Positions 16,827 through 24,597 of a stretch of 32,000 bases of DNA are shown in pieces (the stretch's first letter is position 1; the number at the start of each line of letters is the position of its first letter). The stretch is from assembly GCF_016806735.1 (NCBI RefSeq), contig NZ_CP060530.1:180001-212000 (forward strand). Reading direction: 5' to 3'. Below the pieces are notes generated by a model. The model saw only the letters and a list, made by a program, of their open reading frames with translations, made no database searches and was not told the DNA's origin. A program made the position numbers and the translations under genes. This stretch comes from Candidatus Micrarchaeum sp. (GTDB lineage Archaea; Micrarchaeota; Micrarchaeia; Micrarchaeales; Micrarchaeaceae).

Positions 16827-18041
16827 TCATAGGCACATGTTGGCAAATACCTTCGCATCGTTTACCATATCGTCTATCCTGCAATATTCATTCGGCTGGT
16901 GTGCCATATCTTCGGCTTCAGTGCCCCATGCAACTGCAGGAAATCCCCTGTGCCTGAAGAATGCTGCGCATGTGCCTCCTCCTACGCCCATGGGCTTCGC
17001 ATCCACATTCATAACCTCTTTTATGCTCTTGAGCAGCCTTTTTACCACATCCGAATCCATGCTTGTAGGCTCTGCCGGATCTTCCCTGCTGAATGTTTCT
17101 ATCTCTATCTTAACTGCTTTGAAATCGTTAGAATTGCAGACGCTCTTTACGTCGTTAAGCACATCGTCCAGCTTGTACGTAGGAAGCACCCTGCAGTCGA
17201 AATAGAAAATGTCAGAACCCGGGACTATATTCACGCTGTCTACGTTTTTCTCCCTCTTCGTAGGTTCAAAGGTCGAATAAGGGGGCTGATAAATGTTATC
17301 CGTTGCGTTGTATTTCTGGTGCAGCATCTCGTCTATCTTTGTTATGAGCTTTGAGGCATTCCTGTTTGCGTTGACTCCGAGCGCCGGCGTGCTTGCATGC
17401 ACCTGTTTGCCATTCACTTTTATCTTGAGCCAAAGGGAGCCCTTCTCAGCTATCTCTACCATGCTTCCCCCTTCACTCAGGTAATCAGGGACTACAAACA
17501 TATCATTATCGCCGAATATTCCCTGCTCCTCCAGGAGCTTCTGTATCCCGTACTTGCTTCCAAGTTCCTCGTCTGCTACCAGTGCAACGCCCATATTGAA
17601 AGTCGTATCGCTTCCAAATTCCTTAATCGCCCTAAGTGCATATATCGACGCTATCAAGTCCTGCCCATTGTCATTGGTTCCCCTTCCGTAAATTTTGCCA
17701 TCTTTTATCTCGGCTTTGAAAGGGTCTGTAAGCCACAACGACCTGTCGCCAGGAGCAACGGTGTCCATGTGTGCCACAAACCACACGGTTCTTTCATTGT
17801 TTCCATGCCTGGCCACAAGATTTGGCCTCTTGGTGTTTGTCTCGTCGACATAATCATACCTTTTGACTTCAAATCCCCATTCCTTAAGCTTCCCTTCAAG
17901 GAAGTCTGCCCTTGCTCCTTCTCCTTTTCCATCGCTCATTGGGGAAATCGAAGGTATTGAAACCATTTCTGACATGGTGCTTACCATGTCGTCTTTGTAT
18001 TTTTCTATAATCGAAATAAGGCTGCTCTTATTCTCTTCCAT
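16827..18041 (-). CDS. M20-family metallopeptidase (ArgE/DapE/acetylornithine deacetylase-like)
   Basis: VWFVAHMDTVAPGD, ADEELGS, a dimerisation-lid region and C-terminal GGGTCAAFF..AHQPNEY are M20 blocks. I chose the ATG at 18041 (MEENKSS...) because a TATA-like aatttatac lies about 27 nt upstream. The track start is 18086. Confidence 0.85.
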   Translation of the reverse strand: MEENKSSLISIIEKYKDDMVSTMSEMVSIPSISPMSDGKGEGARADFLEGKLKEWGFEVKRYDYVDETNTKRPNLVARHGNNERTVWFVAHMDTVAPGDRSLWLTDPFKAEIKDGKIYGRGTNDNGQDLIASIYALRAIKEFGSDTTFNMGVALVADEELGSKYGIQKLLEEQGIFGDNDMFVVPDYLSEGGSMVEIAEKGSLWLKIKVNGKQVHASTPALGVNANRNASKLITKIDEMLHQKYNATDNIYQPPYSTFEPTKREKNVDSVNIVPGSDIFYFDCRVLPTYKLDDVLNDVKSVCNSNDFKAVKIEIETFSREDPAEPTSMDSDVVKRLLKSIKEVMNVDAKPMGVGGGTCAAFFRHRGFPAVAWGTEAEDMAHQPNEYCRIDDMVNDAKVFANMCL

Positions 18042-18101
18042 GCTATCACAGCCAATTTTAGCAGTCAAAGTATAAATTAATTCCATGCAGCTTTGGATAA
18101 G

Positions 18102-19514
18102 CTATACTGTGCAGCAGCTCTGCTTCGATATGTCTGCGAAAAAGGATTGGCATGCGAGCTTGAATCCCTCGCTCATGGTTGGGAATACGTGTACAGTGTC
18201 TATTACATCTTCTAATTTCAGGTGGAACTTTACTGCCATCACTGCTTCATGTATTAGATCTGCGGCTCCGTGCCCGAGCATGTGCACTCCAAGTATTTCA
18301 TGGGTTTTCGGGTTTATTACTATTTTTATGACACCCCTCGTGTCGGATATTATTTTTGACTTTGGTACAAATGCCATGGGTAGCGCGTTGCAGCCGCAAT
18401 TATTAAGGTCCTTTATCACCTGTTCTTCGGTTCTGCCAACCATTGCTGCTTCTGGCTCTGTAAACACTGCGCTGGGAACTTCGTTCAAATCTATCAGCTT
18501 TTTGCTTCCGAACATATTCTGCGTAGCTATATTTCCCTCTTTTGCTGCAAGCGTTTCAAGCATTGGATTTCCTGTAACATCTCCTGCTGCGTAAATGCCC
18601 TTAACGTTAGTCTGCAAGGTTCTGTCTATTTTTATGAAGCCTTTTTCATCCGTTTCTACTCCAACATTTTTCAAGCCCAGCTTTTCTGTATTCGGAGTCC
18701 TTCCTGTTGCCATGAGCAATTTGTCCGCAACTATGTTTTCTTCTTTTCCATTAACCAAGGCCTTCACTTCGGTTTTGCCGTTGCTATCTGCAACTGATTT
18801 TATTTCCACATTGGTTTTTATCTCTATTCCATCCTCCCTCAAGTATTTTTCCAAATGCTTTGAGACTGTCGGCTCCCAATTCGGTAGTATCGTCTGGCTC
18901 CTTTGCAATACCGTAACCTTGGTCCCGAACATGGAAAACATCTGTGCGAATTCCAATCCTATGGCTCTTCCACCAACGACTATCATGCTTTCCGGGAGCT
19001 CCTTAAGTGACAAGGCGCTTTCGTTGTCTAGGTATTTTACTTTGTCCATGCCCTGTACTTTAGGTACAAACGACCTTGCCCCTGTTGCTATCAATATCCT
19101 GTCTGCCTCTATTTCCTTTGAGCCTGCCTTTATGCGGTTAACTCCTTCTATTGAACCGAATTCGTTCAAATATGTGACTTTTTCAAGCGAATCAATAACA
19201 TCCGCGTATTTGGATTCGTGGAATTCTTTTATCAGATCGTCTTTTTCTTGGACTATTTCATTGTATTTCAAGATGCCAAGCTTGTAATCCAAACCTCCAA
19301 AGCGCTTGGTCCTAAGCTCTCTAACGAACCTTGCTACTGTTATCATGCGCTTGCTGGGCACGCATCCGACATTTACACACGTGCCTCCAAGCGTTGCTCC
19401 TTCTGTGGCATTCTTGCCTATCATTATTGTGCTCTTGCCCAGCTCGTTGGCTTTTATCGCTGCGGCGAAAGCTGCAGCTCCTTGCCCTATTATTGCATAG
19501 TCAAATTTTTCCAT
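18102..19514 (-). CDS. merA: mercuric reductase MerA (core enzyme, no N-terminal HMA/NmerA domain)
   Basis: 470 aa. FAD motif IIGQGAAAFAAA and redox-active disulfide GGTCVNVGCVPSK. The C-terminal vicinal cysteines ...ADISKQSCCTV are the pair that distinguishes MerA from lipoamide dehydrogenase and glutathione reductase. Confidence 0.8.
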   Translation of the reverse strand: MEKFDYAIIGQGAAAFAAAIKANELGKSTIMIGKNATEGATLGGTCVNVGCVPSKRMITVARFVRELRTKRFGGLDYKLGILKYNEIVQEKDDLIKEFHESKYADVIDSLEKVTYLNEFGSIEGVNRIKAGSKEIEADRILIATGARSFVPKVQGMDKVKYLDNESALSLKELPESMIVVGGRAIGLEFAQMFSMFGTKVTVLQRSQTILPNWEPTVSKHLEKYLREDGIEIKTNVEIKSVADSNGKTEVKALVNGKEENIVADKLLMATGRTPNTEKLGLKNVGVETDEKGFIKIDRTLQTNVKGIYAAGDVTGNPMLETLAAKEGNIATQNMFGSKKLIDLNEVPSAVFTEPEAAMVGRTEEQVIKDLNNCGCNALPMAFVPKSKIISDTRGVIKIVINPKTHEILGVHMLGHGAADLIHEAVMAVKFHLKLEDVIDTVHVFPTMSEGFKLACQSFFADISKQSCCTV

Positions 19515-19531
19515 TTATAAAACCTGTTTTA

Positions 19532-20104
19532 TCACAATGAGCCAGATAGGGAGTTTATTTTACTTTTAAGATTTTTCATCGTGGCTGCAAGGCTGCCGTC
19601 ATTCTCGTAAACTATCTTTCCATTTGATCCTATCAAATAATATACGTCAAGATAACCGTCTTTGTCGTATGCGAGAGATAAGTTATAACCTGAAATGGCA
19701 CTTCTGAAGTTGCTGTAGGAAGTCACATTTGGTGCATAATCATTTACGAATGTGTTTATTGGCGCGCCGCTATATCCCAAGTCTCTATAGAGCTCAATTT
19801 CGATTACATTTATGCCCTTATTTTTGAAGTAGCTGATGTTGTCATTTAGCATTTCGTTTCCCACTGCGCATCCGCTGCACCACGTTGCGACAAACCAGAG
19901 GAGCACGGGTTTGCCATTCAATGACGAAACATTTGCCACGGTGCCATTAGAAGCGTATATGAAAGAATAATCCGGTGCCTTCGCTCCGACCGCTGGCATG
20001 AACGACGGAGAAGCGCCTGCGCTGCGATTTATTCCAAAGAAATATACAAGGGCGATTGCAATTACTATTGCAGCAAATACATAGACAGTTCTCTTTTTTT
20101 GCAT
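19532..20104 (-). CDS. membrane-anchored thioredoxin-fold thiol:disulfide oxidoreductase (TlpA/ResA-like, WCSGC)
   Basis: N-terminal anchor VYVFAAIVIAIALVYFF, then KPVLLWFVATWCSGCAVGNE (CxxC) and a redoxin-like C-terminal part. The ATG at 20104 is preceded by GGTGA at -6, complementary to the 16S 3' end GAUCACCUCA seen in this window. An alternative ATG at 20122 would overlap the upstream gene by 7 nt. Confidence 0.7.
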   Translation of the reverse strand: MQKKRTVYVFAAIVIAIALVYFFGINRSAGASPSFMPAVGAKAPDYSFIYASNGTVANVSSLNGKPVLLWFVATWCSGCAVGNEMLNDNISYFKNKGINVIEIELYRDLGYSGAPINTFVNDYAPNVTSYSNFRSAISGYNLSLAYDKDGYLDVYYLIGSNGKIVYENDGSLAATMKNLKSKINSLSGSL

Positions 20105-20115
20105 TTTTTCACCAG

Positions 20116-20634
20116 CTAACATTCACACGAAGGTTTCTTTATCCTCTTCAACGAAACTCGGATCGAATAATAAAGCAGTAATGCTGCCATTACAATGAAA
20201 ACAGGGCTGAAATTCGAAAGTGCTCCCTGTATCGCGCCAGACGCAAGCGCAATGCCTCCGGATCCAAAAACTGCAACAAGGATAGAAGGTATAATCGGAG
20301 TGCAGCACATGGTTGAGGGCACGAGGCTTACTACGAAAGCGTATATTCCGCTCCTGTTGCCCTTTACATTGTTCCTAACTGTTTTTTGAGAATAGAGCCC
20401 AATAGCTATTGATAGTGCTGCCAGTATTGAAAGTGTAAACGAAGAAGCCAATATGTAATAAAAATAGTACTTAATCCCAAAAAGCGCAAGACCGAAACTG
20501 AAATACGAAAAAATTACATAGTAAAATATGAACATTGCAGCGAAGAATGTCAAAAACCTTACTTTAAGCGCCTTAAGGATTGCAGTAGTACCTTCTAAAG
20601 TTTCAAAGCTGCTGCTTTGTGCATAGCCGTTCAT
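20116..20634 (-). CDS. 4-TM membrane protein with intramembrane vicinal Cys pair and C-terminal CxC (candidate Hg(II)/thiol transporter)
   Basis: 172 aa with four hydrophobic helices. FVVSLVPSTMCCTPIIPSILVAVFG places CC inside helix 3. The C-terminus reads ...RIKKPSCEC. It is the first gene of the co-oriented merA transcription unit. I recognise no family by eye. Confidence 0.6.
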   Translation of the reverse strand: MNGYAQSSSFETLEGTTAILKALKVRFLTFFAAMFIFYYVIFSYFSFGLALFGIKYYFYYILASSFTLSILAALSIAIGLYSQKTVRNNVKGNRSGIYAFVVSLVPSTMCCTPIIPSILVAVFGSGGIALASGAIQGALSNFSPVFIVMAALLLYYSIRVSLKRIKKPSCEC

Positions 20635-20671
20635 GTAATCTACTGTTAAATAAGCGCAAACAAGGTATTTA

Positions 20672-20690
20672 AACTATAAACTTTATAGTT
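20672..20690. promoter_or_regulatory. perfect 9-1-9 palindrome AACTATAAA-C-TTTATAGTT in the divergent mer promoter (candidate operator and/or back-to-back TATA boxes)
   Basis: Read directly from the sequence. The two arms are exact reverse complements. The palindrome sits in the 61-76 nt gap between the minus-strand operon (start 20634) and the plus-strand HxlR-type regulator (start 20696 or 20711). Confidence 0.5.
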
Positions 20691-20710
20691 ATAAAGTGAG
20701 GTGTCCTATA

Positions 20711-21076
20711 ATGAACAATCCAAGCTCGTGTGCAGCACAGGATGCACTGTCATTAGTCTCGAAGAAATGGCTTCTTCTTGCTCTCAACAGCATAGCGGTT
20801 TATGGTACTTCTAGGTACAACCAGCTTCTGGAAAGGCTGTCACCGATAAGCCCTAAGGGCCTAGCTGACGTGCTGAAGCTAATGGAAGATAACGGGCTAA
20901 TCTATAAGAGCAGAAATAAGGATTCGGTGGGATACGCAATTACAAGCAAAGGCAGCGATTTGGATAAGGCTGCTCTGCCACTGCTGAAATGGTCAAGGCC
21001 GTTCTGCAAGGATGAGGAATGCAGCCTTGCCGTAGAAATTGACGGACAGCTATCAAAATCACACATTTCAAAGTAA
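20711..21076 (+). CDS. HxlR-type winged-helix transcriptional regulator with extra C-terminal Cys pair
   Basis: SSCAAQDALSLVSKKWLLLALNSIAVYGTSRYNQLLERLSPISPKGLADVLKLMEDNGLIYK matches the HxlR pattern (N-terminal Cys, GxKW, RFxEL..., GIS.K.L...L..LE..GL). The C-terminal FCKDEECS adds a CxxxxC. ATG at 20711 is preferred over GTG at 20696. Confidence 0.75.
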   Translation: MNNPSSCAAQDALSLVSKKWLLLALNSIAVYGTSRYNQLLERLSPISPKGLADVLKLMEDNGLIYKSRNKDSVGYAITSKGSDLDKAALPLLKWSRPFCKDEECSLAVEIDGQLSKSHISK

Positions 21077-21209
21077 AATCGCGGCAGAAAACTATGGACA
21101 ACTGCATAATTCTTCGCGTATTTGTCCAATAAATGCACTTTAAATAAATTTGTGCAAATGGCTATATATTTGGTCGGTCCTATATTATTTTTACATAAAA
21201 AGCGATTAT

Positions 21210-22463
21210 ATGGGATCCATTACAATATCCAAACCAAATAAACAAGAACGCGACAATTTGACGGATGTTCAAAAAAGGAACGCAGGCATAACCGCAAAAT
21301 ACGGGACACCTGAACAGCAGTCGGAGCTTTTAAACTCCGAAAGTATTAAAGACCTGCTTAAAATTAGCTATGAAGGCGAAGAAATCTACAAAATACTGGC
21401 CAAATCTAAATCAATTGATGTGAAATTCAAGCTTTTGGACTTTGTAACTTCAAAATCACCGGATTTGCTTGAAATGGTTGCACCGATACTTATAGAGGAG
21501 GCGAGACTTGCATATCGCAACGCTGAAATGCAAACAAGCAAAGATGTAATCGGAAAAGTTTGGGAATGCATAAAGATGGTTGACAACCCGGCAGATCCAA
21601 AAATACTTAATTCCGGCAAGAAAGAAAAGTTGGCTTATTCTTTATTTACATCCGAAGAAGGCTTTAGCCTTGTTTCCGATTTTCTTAGCTGGTTAAATGA
21701 CGCATCAGCGCTAAAGGCTTATAAAGAATATAGAGAGATCACCAAAGATAAATATTACAAAAACTCTCTTGACGCCATACCTACCAGAAAGAAAAATGTG
21801 GTAAAATCACGTCGTTACTTAGCGAACTATATTGCAACTTATGGTGGAGACAAGTTAAGGCTAGATCTTTTAAACACTATCGACCGTTTGAAGGCCTACG
21901 AACTGTTATATTTGGAAGACGAAACAAAAAGTAAGACAAGGTACAATTTCAACCCCATAGCATCAAAAAGCAATCACAACGAAAGCCTTTATTCAATTAT
22001 AGCTGCAAGCAGTGACGAAGAAGCAATCTCGAAATTTTTGGACGTGGTAGGCAAAATGGAAAACGGTGGCGAATTGCTCCTAGCAAAACCTCAGAACGAC
22101 TACTATTACAGCAAGTACCATTTTGACGGATTGGTTTCTCTCATAGCAGCAAAGATGGATTTCGAGTATAAATTTAATGCTGAAATTAACGGTGAGATTA
22201 GCAATAAAATATTGGCTCTTGCTGAAAAATACCCTCTAATACTCGGGTCGCGTTTCAGGTATGGTTCCGAAGAATATTACACAACCGTTGCCGAAATTAT
22301 AGCTGAGAAAGGCGGAAAGGAGATACAAGAGAAACTGCTAAAATTCATCGAAATCCCTGGTCTGGCAGAGCCTATAACAAAGGCAATAAACAAGTATAGC
22401 ACCGAAGAACTAAAGAAGGAAGTTCAAAAGTTCCTTCTTGGGCCCTTTAAACTTCGCGTCTAA
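21210..22463 (+). CDS. hypothetical protein (all-alpha, Lys/Glu-rich orphan in low-GC DNA)
   Basis: About 417 aa from the ATG at 21210 (MGSITISKPNK...). The track start at 21150 adds an implausible hydrophobic leader. I recognise no motif. A hand-counted 60-nt line (21421-21480) is 35% GC, versus 55% for 14881-14940 in alaS. Confidence 0.6.
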   Translation: MGSITISKPNKQERDNLTDVQKRNAGITAKYGTPEQQSELLNSESIKDLLKISYEGEEIYKILAKSKSIDVKFKLLDFVTSKSPDLLEMVAPILIEEARLAYRNAEMQTSKDVIGKVWECIKMVDNPADPKILNSGKKEKLAYSLFTSEEGFSLVSDFLSWLNDASALKAYKEYREITKDKYYKNSLDAIPTRKKNVVKSRRYLANYIATYGGDKLRLDLLNTIDRLKAYELLYLEDETKSKTRYNFNPIASKSNHNESLYSIIAASSDEEAISKFLDVVGKMENGGELLLAKPQNDYYYSKYHFDGLVSLIAAKMDFEYKFNAEINGEISNKILALAEKYPLILGSRFRYGSEEYYTTVAEIIAEKGGKEIQEKLLKFIEIPGLAEPITKAINKYSTEELKKEVQKFLLGPFKLRV

Positions 22464-22542
22464 AATAGGTCCAGTAAATAAGACACGGATTAAGGATTCT
22501 AACCGTTAAGGGATTTTTGCTATCCGGTTGCAACAATCTACA

Positions 22543-22941
22543 CTAGCGTGCTAACTCCATTGCTAGTTTCCTTACCCTTTCGTATAAATTTTCGAGGTTT
22601 TTTTCCTTTTCTTCCTCGTCCATTGCTTCGAATTTAGGTATGTCCCAGTGCTCGGCGTTGTAGCTTTTGGGGAGAAGCACGCAATCGTCAGGGTCACACA
22701 CGGTTATTATCCTGGAAGCAGACTTGAGCATATCTTCAGTGAGCATTTTCGGCCTCTGGCCGCTCATGTCTATTCCGTATCTGCTCTTCAATAATGCTAT
22801 AGCCTCTGGACTGACTTCTTTTGCCGGCTCAGCCCCTGAAGCGCTTATCGCAAAATCCTTTTTGGAAACGCTGTTGAATATTGCCTCTGCAATCTGGCTT
22901 CGGTAAGAGTTTTCCTTGCATACAAAAAGAACCAATGCCAT
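22543..22941 (-). CDS. arsC: arsenate reductase / low-molecular-weight phosphotyrosine phosphatase family (thioredoxin-coupled ArsC type)
   Basis: 132 aa. The P-loop VLFVCKENSYRSQIAEA (CX5R-S) plus the downstream Cys pair ITVCDPDDCVL are the three-Cys relay layout of Gram-positive-type ArsC. Confidence 0.75.
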   Translation of the reverse strand: MALVLFVCKENSYRSQIAEAIFNSVSKKDFAISASGAEPAKEVSPEAIALLKSRYGIDMSGQRPKMLTEDMLKSASRIITVCDPDDCVLLPKSYNAEHWDIPKFEAMDEEEKEKNLENLYERVRKLAMELAR

Positions 22942-22993
22942 AAGCCAAATTGGAAAAGAAAGAATAAATAGGAGAGGGTATTCTCCAATCTAT

Positions 22994-23518
22994 TTAGACT
23001 CTTGACTCCTTGAGCTCTTTCATGGCTTCCTCCCTGCTCTCAAACTTCTCGAACTTCATGAATTTCCCTTTCTCAAGCTCCTTGTAATGCTCGAAGAAAT
23101 GCTTTATCTTGTTCTTCATGAATTCCGGTATGTCCTGGGCATCCTTGTATGAAGAGAAAGCCGGGTCTACTTTTTCCACCGGTACTGCTATGACCTTGTT
23201 GTCAGAGCCCTCTTCGTCGCTCATTACCGCGATCCCTATGGGCCTTACCTTTATCACCATGCCGCTGGATATCGGCACCTGCGACATTACGAGCACGTCA
23301 AGTGGATCTCCGTCCTTTCCCTTTGTTCCAAGCGCAAATCCGTAGTTCGTAGGGTATGTCATAGAAGTGAAAAGGAACCTGTCAACTACTACTGCTTCGA
23401 GGTCCTCCTTGTACTCGTACTTTATGCCGCTGCCCTGGGGTATCTCTATGAACGCGTAAAACGTCTCTGGAAAATTGTCTGTCTGCTTTGAGAAGTTCAT
23501 TCTATCACTTGCGTGCAT
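22994..23518 (-). CDS. ppa: inorganic pyrophosphatase (family I)
   Basis: [14 protein letters not shown]...[19 protein letters not shown]...[10 protein letters not shown]...[19 protein letters not shown] are the canonical family I PPase blocks. An alternative ATG lies at 23500. Confidence 0.9.
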   Translation of the reverse strand: MHASDRMNFSKQTDNFPETFYAFIEIPQGSGIKYEYKEDLEAVVVDRFLFTSMTYPTNYGFALGTKGKDGDPLDVLVMSQVPISSGMVIKVRPIGIAVMSDEEGSDNKVIAVPVEKVDPAFSSYKDAQDIPEFMKNKIKHFFEHYKELEKGKFMKFEKFESREEAMKELKESRV

Positions 23519-23587
23519 TTATTGTTTTAAACAGCTAAAAACGTTTCGAAAAAGAAGATAGCTCACGCTGGTAAGCAATTAAAAAAT

Positions 23588-23626
23588 TGCAGTCTTGAGG
23601 ATTTATGCAGGTACCGATATATGGCC
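23588..23626 (-). repeat. 16S rRNA 3'-trailer half of the processing stem (pairs with 25658-25708)
   Basis: tgcagtcttgagg (23588-23600) is the exact reverse complement of cctcaagactgca (25696-25708). ggtaccga/atatggcc (23610-23626) pairs with ggccatat...tcggtacc (25658-25685), with unpaired bulges between the helices. This is the classical archaeal pre-rRNA helix arrangement. Confidence 0.65.
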
Positions 23627-23766
23627 CGCACACTTATGTTTTTGAGGTGATCTATCCGCAGGTTCCCCTACGGATACCTTGTTATACCTTAGCCCACCTC
23701 GCGAAACCTTAGTTCGAAAACGCCAGTGGCGCTGCCTCACTAAGACCTCACTTGGGTGGCTTGGTA

Positions 23767-23802
<36 letters not shown>

Positions 23803-24078
23803 TCGATAGTGACAAGCGATTACTAGGGATTCCAGCTTCATGAGGGCGAGTTTCAGCCCTCAATCCGAACTTGGGCCGGTTTTAGGGGATTAGCTTCACC
23901 TTTCGGTGTTGCATCTCATTGTGCCGACCTTTGTATGCCGCGTGTAGCCCAGAAGATTCAGAGCATACTGACGTATCGTCGCCCTCTCCTTCCTCCTCCT
24001 TAAACGAAGGCGGTCCTAACAGAGTGCCCTGCTTATCTCTAAGCAGGTAGCAACTGTAAGCGAGGGTCTCGCTCGTTT

Positions 24079-24597
24079 CCGGGTCAATGAATAATACTCG
24101 CAATTCTAAGGCTGTAATCTTTTATTAGCGTTATGAATGCGGACTGGTTTGCAAGGTAATCCTTGCTGCCCCTTTTGTCCGTGTGTATGTTGAGCCTTTC
24201 GAGTACTACCTCGTCAACGCTGTCCATGCCCTTCAGAAAGATGCCTTTAGCATCCTTGCCTCCGTTGCAGTCGAACAGCGCCGCGAAGTAATTTCCGGAA
24301 TATGCATTGGCGTACTTGAATATGTTTACTCTTCTTTCAAGCGCCTTTTCAAACCTTTTCACCATCGTGGAGTTGTAGAAGAAAGTTTTCTTGACCTTGC
24401 CCTCGCTGTCGATGATTATCTTGTTAGGCTCAATGCCGAACTCGTCCATTGCGAGCTTGGCAAACCTTGCAATCATATCATCGTCGCTTGAGGACAGTTC
24501 AATCCGCTTTCCCCTGTTGCACCTGTATATTCCAAGCATGTAGCTTGTATCAGGCGTTAGTCTTAGCTTTTGTGTCATTGTATCACTCATAGACTTA
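24079..24597 (-). mobile_element. 16S rRNA intron carrying a homing-endonuclease-type ORF
   Basis: The exon sequence GUUAAGUCCGG is interrupted at 24598/24597 and resumes as AAACGAGCGAGACCC at 24078. Joining the two restores the universal GUUAAGUCnGGnAACGAGCGAGACCC block at the correct length. CCGG is repeated at both junctions, so the exact splice point is ambiguous within 4 nt. Confidence 0.8.
24084..24590 (-). CDS. LAGLIDADG-type (double-motif) homing endonuclease-like protein encoded in the 16S intron
   Basis: 168 aa from AUG at 24590, 7 nt into the intron, to UGA at 24084-24086, 5 nt before the intron end. Motif 1 is SYMLGIYRCNRG (24513-24539). Motif 2 is YFAALFDCNGG (24261-24287), about 84 aa later. 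The 60 N-terminal codons of track ORF 24084..24770 are translated rRNA exon and are excluded. Confidence 0.75.
   Translation of the reverse strand: MSDTMTQKLRLTPDTSYMLGIYRCNRGKRIELSSSDDDMIARFAKLAMDEFGIEPNKIIIDSEGKVKKTFFYNSTMVKRFEKALERRVNIFKYANAYSGNYFAALFDCNGGKDAKGIFLKGMDSVDEVVLERLNIHTDKRGSKDYLANQSAFITLIKDYSLRIASIIH

Noticed and set aside
18085-19540. Plus-strand ORFs 18085..18594, 18595..19287, 19218..19520 and 19331..19540
   Set aside because: They are antisense shadows of merA with Ser/Phe/Leu-rich low-complexity translations.
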